A DNA stretch of 64,000 nt, taken from contig JAXDHJ010000045.1 in NCBI GenBank assembly GCA_034664565.1, forward strand, positions 22,816 through 86,815. Reading direction: 5' to 3'. The notes below the pieces were generated by a model. The model made no database searches. It was not told the DNA's origin and was given only the letters and a program-made list of their open reading frames with translations. Below are positions 45,826-53,368 of the stretch, one piece after another. How positions within the stretch are numbered: the first letter of the stretch is position 1; every line of letters begins with the position of its first letter. This stretch comes from Solirubrobacteraceae bacterium (lineage in GTDB: Bacteria > Actinomycetota > Thermoleophilia > Solirubrobacterales > Solirubrobacteraceae). Made by a program: the position numbers and the translations under genes.

Positions 45826-46059
45826 ATGCTCGGCAAGCCCAAGGGTGAGGCGATCGTGCGCTCGAGCTATGCCGACGCCCAGGCCGAGATCACAAAACTG
45901 AAGCTCACGCTGCGCGCCGTGGTGACGCTGGCCGATGGGAAGACCTTCGCGTTCGAGGTCAAGCGCATCGGACCGGCCAACAAGCCGTCGGTCGAGGTCG
46001 TCGAGCTGCTCGCCGAGCGCTGCGGCGCGCCGGTGAACGCGGGCGGGGAGGAGGGCTGA
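45826..46059 (+). CDS. hypothetical small protein (77 aa)
   Basis: High GC3 with AAG-Lys usage. Sequence MLGKPKGEAIVRSSYADAQAEITKLKL... has no recognisable family. Confidence 0.5.
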   Translation: MLGKPKGEAIVRSSYADAQAEITKLKLTLRAVVTLADGKTFAFEVKRIGPANKPSVEVVELLAERCGAPVNAGGEEG

Positions 46060-46099
46060 GGCCCATGGCTCCCTGGGGGGCGGGCCTATACTCAACGGG

Positions 46100-46306
46100 A
46101 TGCGACTCGCCGACTGGTTCGCCGACCGGAGCACCAAGGGGATCCTCGTGCGCATGGTCGGTTCCTGGCTGTTCGTCGGCCTCCCGGTCATCGCAGCACG
46201 GATCTGGTGGTCGGCCGCCGCCGCCATCGCCATCTTTGTGGTCGCCGTGACCATGTACGTGGCGGCAGCGGTGCGCTACAAGCACCGCCACCGCCCCCAA
46301 CTCTGA
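46100..46306 (+). CDS. hypothetical small membrane protein (68 aa, two TM)
   Basis: Hydrophobic segments WLFVGLPVIAA and AAAAIAIFVVAVTMYVAAAV with a basic tail. High GC3. Confidence 0.5.
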   Translation: MRLADWFADRSTKGILVRMVGSWLFVGLPVIAARIWWSAAAAIAIFVVAVTMYVAAAVRYKHRHRPQL

Positions 46307-46986
46307 CAACCTCACCGACTCGCGGGTGCTCGCCCCGGCCGGCGCAGGTCAGCCGTCGAGGTTGCGCGGATGCCGCTCGATCACGGCGCGGACCGAACCT
46401 CGGATACCCCGCGAGGGGTGGTAGGTCCCGTGACTCATCGCCACCGCTTCGCACCTCGTGAACCGGCCTCCGCCACGGGGATGCATCGCCGGTAGTCAGC
46501 AAATGCCCGGGGCGTGACCGCCGCCGACGAGGGTTGCCGAGAACCTGCCCGTTGAGGGGTTGAGGCGGGCGACGACCACAGCCCCGAGCCGTCCTACCCC
46601 GATGGCAAAGTCATAGGGAGACGCGTCGACGTACTCCCGTCAGTTCGCCCCGCCGTGCCGGTTGCCTGACACATCCTCAAAGCGAGCGGCGGATCACCCA
46701 ACGCATAGGGCTCCGGCACGATATGGCACAGAATGGTCGGAAAGAGTCCTGACCGACTCGTGGTTCCTCCCGGTGTTAGTGCAGCCGAGACCGACGGTGA
46801 GCCGCGGGCGGTGGGTTGCTCTCGACGAATATCTGACAGCGACCGGACGGGCTCGAGCCGCGGAGAACATGCGCGACCGGCGCCAACCGACCGGCGGGCG
46901 ACCAGCCAGCCCCCGACGGGCGGTCGCCGACCTACCGACGGCGACGGTCCCCGGCCGCCCCGAACCCGAGCCCCCGCCCGGCTCTG

Positions 46987-47085
46987 GACGTTTGTACGAC
47001 CCCGGCCGCCGTCACGTTTCCCGCCGCCGGCTCTCTTCTCCTTGTGACGGACCTCACTAACGACATAAGGACGGGAAGACGCATG
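46987..47085 (+). promoter_or_regulatory. conserved 5' element, copy B (paralogous to 43852-43954)
   Basis: Same ordered blocks as copy A. CCGTCAC (47009-15) is complementary to GTGACGG (47044-50). 39/51 ungapped identities counted from GTCACG. Confidence 0.55.
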
Positions 47086-48177
47086 CATGCATTCCTCAGG
47101 ACCCGAAGCCGGAGCGCCGGCAGGTCGCTGGCCACCGCGGCTCTGCTGCTGGGGGTCGCCGGCGCCGGCACCGTGTTCGTTCCGATCGCCCAGGCCGACT
47201 CCGTCACCAGCGTGCGCAGCCACGTCCACGGCGCCGACGCCGCCCTCCGCCAGGTCGTCGCCGCCGCCGGCGGCGGCTCGGTCAGCGGGCCGCTGGCGCA
47301 GCTCCGGGCCCACCTCAGCGCTGCCGGCAAGGACTCGGCCAAGCTCTATCGCAGCGCTCACCACGCCCACAAGGCCAGGGTCAGCGTGCGGGCGGCGACA
47401 GCGTTGACCAAGCTCGCCGCCCAGGAGAACCGCGACACCACCACCCTCACCCCTCTCCTCGGCCAGCTCGGCGGTGCCGGCCAGACCGAGATCGCCGGAT
47501 TCATCGCCTCCGCCACCCAGGGCCGCGAGCAGGCACTCTCCCTGGTCACCGAGCTCCTCGGTCAGCTTCCGGCGCCCGTCCAGGCCCAGATCGCCGGCAT
47601 CGTCGCCCAGCTCTCGAACATCGGTAGCGGCCAGGCCGGCGAGCTCGCCGGCGCCATCTCCCCCGGCTCCATCGCCTGCCCGGCGATCGACGCCGTCAGT
47701 ACCGTCATCGGCACCGTCCTCTCCTCGGTCCAGGCTGATCTCGCCCGGGTCCTGGCCATCATCCCGTTCCTCCCGCCCGAGGCGGCCAGCCAGCTCACCG
47801 CCGTTCTCAACGGGCTGCCCGGCCAGCTGAACTCGCTGCTCGACAGCGTCAAGCAGGCGTTCAACTGCCCGAGCCCGACGCCCGGGGCCGGCACCACGTC
47901 ACCCACCCCGGACCCGGGTTCCGGACTCGGTGCCCTGGCCGGCACCGTGGTGAGCACCGTCGGCTCGCTGGTCAGCTCCATCACCGAGCTCATCCAGAAG
48001 CTCCTCTCGAGCTTCCTCCCCGGCATCGGCGCCGGCCAGACGCCCTCGCCGGTCGCGGCTGGCGGCTCGGTCTCCAGCCTGCCGAGCCCGATGAGCTTCA
48101 TCCCCAACTTCGCCAGCTTCTTCGGCGGAGCCATGGGGAGCGGGTTCTTCGGAGCCTTCGGGGGCTTCGGCGGCTGA
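47083..48177 (+). CDS. secreted Ala/Leu/Ser-rich helical protein with Gly/Phe-rich C-terminal tail
   Basis: Signal peptide ending VPIAQA-DS. Long low-complexity helical region. C-terminus FASFFGGAMGSGFFGAFGGFGG. GTG 47044 is an alternative start. Confidence 0.7.
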   Translation: MHAFLRTRSRSAGRSLATAALLLGVAGAGTVFVPIAQADSVTSVRSHVHGADAALRQVVAAAGGGSVSGPLAQLRAHLSAAGKDSAKLYRSAHHAHKARVSVRAATALTKLAAQENRDTTTLTPLLGQLGGAGQTEIAGFIASATQGREQALSLVTELLGQLPAPVQAQIAGIVAQLSNIGSGQAGELAGAISPGSIACPAIDAVSTVIGTVLSSVQADLARVLAIIPFLPPEAASQLTAVLNGLPGQLNSLLDSVKQAFNCPSPTPGAGTTSPTPDPGSGLGALAGTVVSTVGSLVSSITELIQKLLSSFLPGIGAGQTPSPVAAGGSVSSLPSPMSFIPNFASFFGGAMGSGFFGAFGGFGG

Positions 48178-48179
48178 CG

Positions 48180-48227
48180 CCCCCGCCTCCCCGGCGCCCC
48201 GGCCTCGGCCGGGGCCCCGGGCGGGGG
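48180..48227 (+). terminator. nested GC-rich stem-loop downstream of 47083-48177
   Basis: CCCCCGCC (48180-87) pairs with GGCGGGGG (48220-27). Inner CCCCGGCC/GGCCGGGG (48197-48214) has a 2-nt loop. No U-tract. Confidence 0.35.
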
Positions 48228-48393
48228 ATGGGCAACCGGCGAATGACCATGGACAGCATCGACGAACCCGACCCCCGCGGCCTCCCCACCGCCGGCTTGG
48301 TCGATAGAGCGCTCAAGGTCGGCGGCTCCGCTGCCGATGGAACCGAGGTGGACCCGGCGGTGGGACGCCGGCCCGAAACGGGAGGCTGAGGGC

Positions 48394-49770
48394 ATGGCCA
48401 GTGTGATCGGCAGCGCGATCCTTCGCACCCAGAGCGACGAGCGGCTCGTCGCGCTGGCCCGGACCGGCCAGCAACCCGCCTTCGAGGCCATCGTCGAGCG
48501 CTACCGGGCCGAGCTCACCCGCTCGGTCCACCGCTTCCTCCCCACCGCCTCGGTCGAGGATGTCCTCCAGCAGACCCATCTCGAGGCGTGGAAGGCGCTC
48601 TCCGGCGGGACCGAGGTCCGCGAGCTCCGGGCCTGGCTGCACCGCATCGCCCGCAACGCGGCGATCGCCGGCGCCTCGCGCGGCTACGACTACGACGAGC
48701 TCAAGGACGCGCTCGCCGTCACTCCCGGGCCCGACGATGAGCTCGAGCGCCGCGAGGCCGTCCGCCGCGCCCTCCGCGGGGTCGCCGAGCTCCCCGAGCG
48801 CCAGCGGGAGGCGCTCCTCGCCGTGGCCGTCGGCGGGCGCTCCCACGCCGAGGTCGGGTTCGACCTCGGCATCACCGACACCGCCGCCCGCCAGCTCGTA
48901 CGGCGGGCCAGGGTCTCGCTCCAGGCCTTCGCCACCGTCGCCACCCCGGCGCCCCTCGTCCTCTGGGCCGCCCGCGCCGGTCACTCCGCGGTGGCCGGAG
49001 CCGGTCACACGGTGATGGCAGGAAAAGCGGCCGGTGCCGGCATCACCGGGAGCTTCACCGGGCCGGCGCTCAAGGTCGGCGTCGTGGCCATCGCCGTGGG
49101 CGGCGTCGCCGCCGGCGTCGCGCCCCTCCGTCAGGCCCTCGCTCCGTCACCGCCGCCGGCAGCCCACCATCATCACCACGCCCGGACCCACCGCCACTCC
49201 GTCTACCTCGCCGCCAACCCGCGGCGGCCGAAGGTCGCCCCCGGCGTGAGTTCGACCGCTCCGGTGACCCCCGCCGCCACCCCGCCGGCGCCAGCGCGGC
49301 ACACCGTCCATCACCGCCGGTCGATCAGCGCCAATCCGATCGGCAAGGCGGTGCCGGTCGCCCCGGCGGCGTCGCCTCTCCCCTCGTCCGCCGCTCCGAC
49401 CACCCCGGCCACTGCCCCCGCCACCGCGGCGGCGCCGGCCCCAGGCAGCCTCGCCGCCCTCATCGCCTGGGCCATCGCCCATTCCTCGCAGGTTCCGGGC
49501 GGCGCCACCGCGGCCACGTTCACCGGGTGGACGGTCGGCCAGTCGACGCCCGGCTCGACCGGACAGACCTCCTCGTCGGGCTCGAGCGCACCGGGCGCTT
49601 CCGGCCAGTGCGGCCCGGGGACCCCGAGCACCACCACCCCGAACCAGACCTCCGTGCCCGGTTCTCCGGGCGCGAGCACCAACTCGACGCCATGCAGCGC
49701 GAGCGCGAGCTTTCCCTGGACCTACATCCCCCAGTTCTTCTCTGCCCCGGCGGCCCAGAAGACGAACTGA
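48394..49770 (+). CDS. ECF-type sigma-70 factor fused to a TM segment and Pro/Thr/Ser/Ala-rich C-terminal region
   Basis: Region 2 (FEAIVERYRAEL...HLEAWKAL...WLHRIARN) and region 4 (LPERQREALLAVAVGGRSHAEVGFDLGITDTAARQLVRRAR). Then a TM (LKVGVVAIAVGGVAAGVAPL), an HHHHH run and a PT-rich tail. GGGAGG RBS. Confidence 0.8.
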   Translation: MASVIGSAILRTQSDERLVALARTGQQPAFEAIVERYRAELTRSVHRFLPTASVEDVLQQTHLEAWKALSGGTEVRELRAWLHRIARNAAIAGASRGYDYDELKDALAVTPGPDDELERREAVRRALRGVAELPERQREALLAVAVGGRSHAEVGFDLGITDTAARQLVRRARVSLQAFATVATPAPLVLWAARAGHSAVAGAGHTVMAGKAAGAGITGSFTGPALKVGVVAIAVGGVAAGVAPLRQALAPSPPPAAHHHHHARTHRHSVYLAANPRRPKVAPGVSSTAPVTPAATPPAPARHTVHHRRSISANPIGKAVPVAPAASPLPSSAAPTTPATAPATAAAPAPGSLAALIAWAIAHSSQVPGGATAATFTGWTVGQSTPGSTGQTSSSGSSAPGASGQCGPGTPSTTTPNQTSVPGSPGASTNSTPCSASASFPWTYIPQFFSAPAAQKTN

Positions 49771-49779
49771 GCGGCGCCG

Positions 49780-50988
49780 TCAGGCGAGGAACTCGATGTC
49801 GACGGCCTCGCCGGCCGGAATGACATCGCGGTCCTCGGGAACGAGCGCGAGCGCCGGGAGTCCGAGCAGTGAGGTGAGGATGTGCGAGCCCTGGGCGCCG
49901 TTCGGGGTCACGTGCCAGCCGTCGTCGTGCATCCTCGCGTGGCAGCGCACCACCGTGGTGCGCCCGATCGTTCCGGCCAGGTCGGCCCCGGCGATGCCGC
50001 GCACCGCGTGGCGGGTCTCGGTGCGACCCTGGAGGGCGTAGAGGGCGGGAAGCACCAGCACCCGGAACGCCGTCAGCGCCGACCCGGGATTGCCCGGCAG
50101 GGCGAACACCAGGGTCCCGTCGTCGGCCACGTAGAAGCACACCTGCCCGCCCGGCTTGAGGCTCACCCGCGCGAAGATCTCGCGGGCCCCGAGGTGCTCG
50201 AGGGCCGGCCGGACGTGATCGTGCGGCCCGACCGACACCCCGCCGCAGGTGATGAGGACGTCAGCGCCGGCCATGGCGCCGTCGAGCACGGCGATGGTCT
50301 GCTCCCGGTCGTCGCCGACCCGCCGGCGGGAGACCATCTCGGCCCCCGCCGTCCGGGCGGCGGCGCTGAGGGCGGGTACGTTGGAGTCGCGGATCTCGCC
50401 GGGCTCGAGCTCGCGGCCGGGCTCGACGAGCTCGTCCCCGGTGCTCACCAGCGCGATCCGCGGCCGGCGGGCCACCGGTGGGCGGGCGATGTTCACCGAG
50501 GCCAGGACGCCGATCTCCGCCGCCCCGAGCACCGTTCCCGCCTTCAGCACCACCACCCCGGCCCGGATGTCCTCGCCCGGATAGCGGACGTCGTTGCCCA
50601 CGCCGACCGCCTCCTGCACGAGCACCGAGCCGTTCTCGGTGCTCGTCAGCTCCTGGCGGACGACCGCGTCGGCTCCCTCGGGGATCGGCGCCCCGGTCGA
50701 GATGCGGATCGCCGTGTGCGCGGCGACCGGCACCTCCGATCCCGCCCCGGCCCGGGCCTCGCCGATGACCTTGAGCACAGCCGGCGCCGCCTGGGTATCG
50801 GCCGCGCGCAGGGCGAACCCGTCCATCGAGGAGGAGGCGAAGGGAGGGACGTCGTTGGGAGCGGCCGCGTCGACGGCGAGGACGCGACCGAGGGCCTCGT
50901 CCAGGCTGATCTCCTCGGACTCCAGGGGCACGATCCGCTCGAGCACCGCTCGACGGGCATCCTCGATCGAGATCCTTTCGCCGATCAC
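49780..50988 (-). CDS. moeA: molybdopterin molybdotransferase
   Basis: 402 aa reading PPFASSSMDGFALRA, LVSTGDEL and TCGGVSVGPHD, typical of MoeA/gephyrin E. Confidence 0.9.
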   Translation of the reverse strand: MIGERISIEDARRAVLERIVPLESEEISLDEALGRVLAVDAAAPNDVPPFASSSMDGFALRAADTQAAPAVLKVIGEARAGAGSEVPVAAHTAIRISTGAPIPEGADAVVRQELTSTENGSVLVQEAVGVGNDVRYPGEDIRAGVVVLKAGTVLGAAEIGVLASVNIARPPVARRPRIALVSTGDELVEPGRELEPGEIRDSNVPALSAAARTAGAEMVSRRRVGDDREQTIAVLDGAMAGADVLITCGGVSVGPHDHVRPALEHLGAREIFARVSLKPGGQVCFYVADDGTLVFALPGNPGSALTAFRVLVLPALYALQGRTETRHAVRGIAGADLAGTIGRTTVVRCHARMHDDGWHVTPNGAQGSHILTSLLGLPALALVPEDRDVIPAGEAVDIEFLA

Positions 50989-51020
50989 CGCGCCAGGCTA
51001 GCAGGCGGTCCCGCCCGCTC

Positions 51021-51503
51021 CTACCGCCCCGGGTCGACCCCGCCGGCGGCGAACAGGGAGGCCACCGCCGGCTCCATGAAGTAGTCGGTGCCCCCGTCGG
51101 GTCGACCCTCGGTGGCGATGGGGAGCACCCGATCGAGATGGCGACAGTAGCGCCCAGGCCAGGCGAGGATTCCCGCCACCCCGTGGGCCCCCTTCTCGAG
51201 GCCGAGCCGCGCGGCCACCTCGTTGCCGGAGAAGCGGCGGCCGGGTGCCGCGGCCAGGAGGTCGAAGAGCTCCTCCGCGGCCGGCGCCAGCCGGCCGTAG
51301 AGCCAGGCCGCGCGCTCGCCGTCGGCCGGCGACCAGGCGGCGGCGACGCGGCCGTGGGAGTGCTTCCCCCGCCGGCCGCGCCCCCCCGGCCCTCCCCACC
51401 CCGGCCAGTGTCCAGGCTCGGCGGCGAGGAAGGCGGCGAACCAGGCGTAGAACTCGGCGACCCGCTCCTCGGGTACCGGAACCGTGACCTGTTTGTCGGC
51501 CAT
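51021..51503 (-). CDS. hypothetical protein, paralogous N-terminus to 51503-51778
   Basis: 160 aa. N-terminal KQVTVPVPEERVAEFYAWFAAFLA matches KQITIDVPQERLAEFYAFFGRFLA of the upstream gene. The ATG overlaps that gene's stop (TGATG). Confidence 0.65.
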   Translation of the reverse strand: MADKQVTVPVPEERVAEFYAWFAAFLAAEPGHWPGWGGPGGRGRRGKHSHGRVAAAWSPADGERAAWLYGRLAPAAEELFDLLAAAPGRRFSGNEVAARLGLEKGAHGVAGILAWPGRYCRHLDRVLPIATEGRPDGGTDYFMEPAVASLFAAGGVDPGR

Positions 51504-51778
51504 CAGACGCTGGTCGTCCCCGCCGGCGGCCCTGCCGCCTGCGACTCGGCCCCCGCGGTCTCCGCGGCCTGCTGGTGGTCACAGTGGCGACCGTGATGGT
51601 GACCGTGGTGGTGAGCGTGGTGGTGACCCGGGCCCCCGGCGTGGCGTCCGCGCCGGCCCCGCCCCGGTCCCCCGGCCAGGAACCGGCCGAAGAAGGCGTA
51701 GAACTCGGCGAGTCGCTCCTGGGGCACGTCGATGGTGATCTGCTTGCTTTCGCTGCTCGTCTCGGTCTGCGTATCCAT
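51503..51778 (-). CDS. hypothetical His-rich protein
   Basis: 91 aa from ATG 51778, preceded by AAGGAG. Contains GHHHAHHHGHHHGRHCDH. Confidence 0.65.
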   Translation of the reverse strand: MDTQTETSSESKQITIDVPQERLAEFYAFFGRFLAGGPGRGRRGRHAGGPGHHHAHHHGHHHGRHCDHQQAAETAGAESQAAGPPAGTTSV

Positions 51779-51790
51779 GGGTTGCTCCTT

Positions 51791-51830
51791 ACTTATACTT
51801 ATACTTATTGATCTAGCGTAGCATAAGTAT
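51791..51830. promoter_or_regulatory. AT-rich repeat/palindrome, candidate promoter-operator
   Basis: (ACTTAT)x3 at 51791-51808. ATACTTAT is inverted as ATAAGTAT at 51823-51830. Lies between divergent genes starting at 51778 (-) and 51971 (+). Confidence 0.5.
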
Positions 51831-51970
51831 CCAAGGCGTCGGCGGGACGCGTTGGGACCCGGTAGGCCGGGAGCCGCGTCCGGGAGCACTGACCCCCGGA
51901 CGTGCTCCGGCGAGCCGGGGAGACGGCCCCGGCGGCGCTATGGTCTGGGCCCACCCGAACGGAGACGACG

Positions 51971-52213
51971 ATGGACGACGGCTCGCTGCACCAGCACATC
52001 GAGGACCTCGTGGCCGAGGAGGAGCGGCTCCTCCACGCTCACGAGAACACCGGCCTCTCCGACGCCGAGCACCAGCGCCTCGAGTCGGTCCGGGTCGAGC
52101 TCGACCGGTACTGGGATCTGCTGCGCCAGCGGCGCGCCCGCGCCGAGGCGGGCCTCGACCCGGACGGGGCCTCGCTGCGGGATGCGGGCACCGTCGAGGG
52201 CTACGAGCAGTAG
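51971..52213 (+). CDS. DUF2630-family protein
   Basis: 80 aa reading HIEDLVAEEERLL...LESVRVELDRYWDLLRQRRARAEAGLDPD...VEGYEQ, matching the DUF2630 pattern. GGAG RBS. Confidence 0.8.
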   Translation: MDDGSLHQHIEDLVAEEERLLHAHENTGLSDAEHQRLESVRVELDRYWDLLRQRRARAEAGLDPDGASLRDAGTVEGYEQ

Positions 52214-52258
52214 GCAGCACCAGGACGCCGCCGGCGCGCCGGTAGGCTGAAGGCTCGG

Positions 52259-53071
52259 ATGGCCCGCCTCGGCACAGCCCTCGAGCGCCGCCGCGAGGCC
52301 GATCCCCGACCGGGCGCCCTCGGCGGGCTCGGGCAGCGTCTGGCCGAAGCTCTCGAGCGACGCACCGGCCCCGGTGGCGCCGGCGGCTCGGGGGCCGGAG
52401 GCCCGGCCGAGACCGCCGGGAGCGGGCTCGGGCCGCGCCGGGGCAACGCCGGCGACCGTCTCGTCCTCGCCATCGGGCGCGGGCTCACCCGGGCCCTCGA
52501 GCGCCGCCTGGGCGGAGCGCCGAGCCGAAGCGCACCCGGCGCCCTCGAGCAGCGCCTGGTCGCCGTCCTCGAGCGGCGGCTCCCGAGCGCGCGGCGGCGG
52601 CGGCGGGACGCCGGCAAGGGGGCGGCCGAGGCACTCGGGCGCCTCGTGTCCCGGCGGGCGGCCGGCGCCCTGTCCGCCCGCCGGCCGACCACCCTGCGGG
52701 CCCTGGTGATCGGGGTCTTCGCGCGGGGCGTAGTGAGAGCGCTCGCCCTTCTCGTCCGGGTTCTCGCCCGCGGCCTGGTCAGCGCTCCGGCCCGCCGGCT
52801 CGCCCACCTCCTCCTCCGGCGCGCCGTCCGGGCGCCGTCCTCGGGGAAGGCCGGCTTCCTCGCCCTGGTGCTCGGTGTCATCGCCGTTCTCCTGCGCCGG
52901 CTCGCCGCCGTCAAGCAGGCTCGCCGTGCCGCCCTGCGTCTCGCCCTGCGGCTGCTGGGCAACCTCCTGCCGGCCCTCCGCCGCCTGGCCGGGCGCCTGC
53001 TGCGCCTGGCCTTCGCCCTGGCACGCCGGGAGCTGCGACGGGCGGCGGCCGGTCGGCGGCGGGGTCGCTAG
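52259..53071 (+). CDS. hypothetical Arg/Leu/Ala-rich repeat protein (coding strand ambiguous)
   Basis: 270-aa ORF fitting exactly between DUF2630 and the PqqD-like gene. ALERR-type repeats. The codon-aligned antisense frame is also open, so the call is weak. Confidence 0.35.
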   Translation: MARLGTALERRREADPRPGALGGLGQRLAEALERRTGPGGAGGSGAGGPAETAGSGLGPRRGNAGDRLVLAIGRGLTRALERRLGGAPSRSAPGALEQRLVAVLERRLPSARRRRRDAGKGAAEALGRLVSRRAAGALSARRPTTLRALVIGVFARGVVRALALLVRVLARGLVSAPARRLAHLLLRRAVRAPSSGKAGFLALVLGVIAVLLRRLAAVKQARRAALRLALRLLGNLLPALRRLAGRLLRLAFALARRELRRAAAGRRRGR

Positions 53072-53149
53072 ACCGGCCAGCCGCCGCTCGCCTGGGGCTG
53101 GCTCGCGCCGCGCCGGCGGCGGGGGCGGCCCAGGGTTCGCGTCCTCGCC

Positions 53150-53368
53150 TCAGCCGGACCCCGGGGTGACCAGGAGCCCCTCGACTCGGAGCTCGGCGAT
53201 CCACTCGCGCACCTCGCCGGCCACCGCCGGGACCGGCCGGTCGACCTCCTCGGCGACGGCGGCGATCACCGCGCCGAGCGTCCGCTCACCGTCGCACAGC
53301 TCCCAGATGAGCGCTCCCCACTCATCGAGGAGGTAGTAGCCGCCGTCGTCGGGGCGCACGAGCACCAC
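53150..53368 (-). CDS. PqqD-family (RiPP recognition element-like) small protein
   Basis: 72 aa: VVLVRPDDGGYYLLDEWGALIWELCDGERTLGAVIAAVAEEVDRPVPAVAGEVREWIAELRVEGLL. This matches the PqqD beta-strand plus three-helix pattern. Confidence 0.7.
   Translation of the reverse strand: MVLVRPDDGGYYLLDEWGALIWELCDGERTLGAVIAAVAEEVDRPVPAVAGEVREWIAELRVEGLLVTPGSG

Noticed and set aside
51938-52807. 289-aa minus ORF encoding an acidic Gly/Pro/Glu-rich sequence.
   Set aside because: It would have to run antisense through the entire, well-supported DUF2630 gene before reaching a stop. It is kept only as the alternative in the sense/antisense ambiguity finding.
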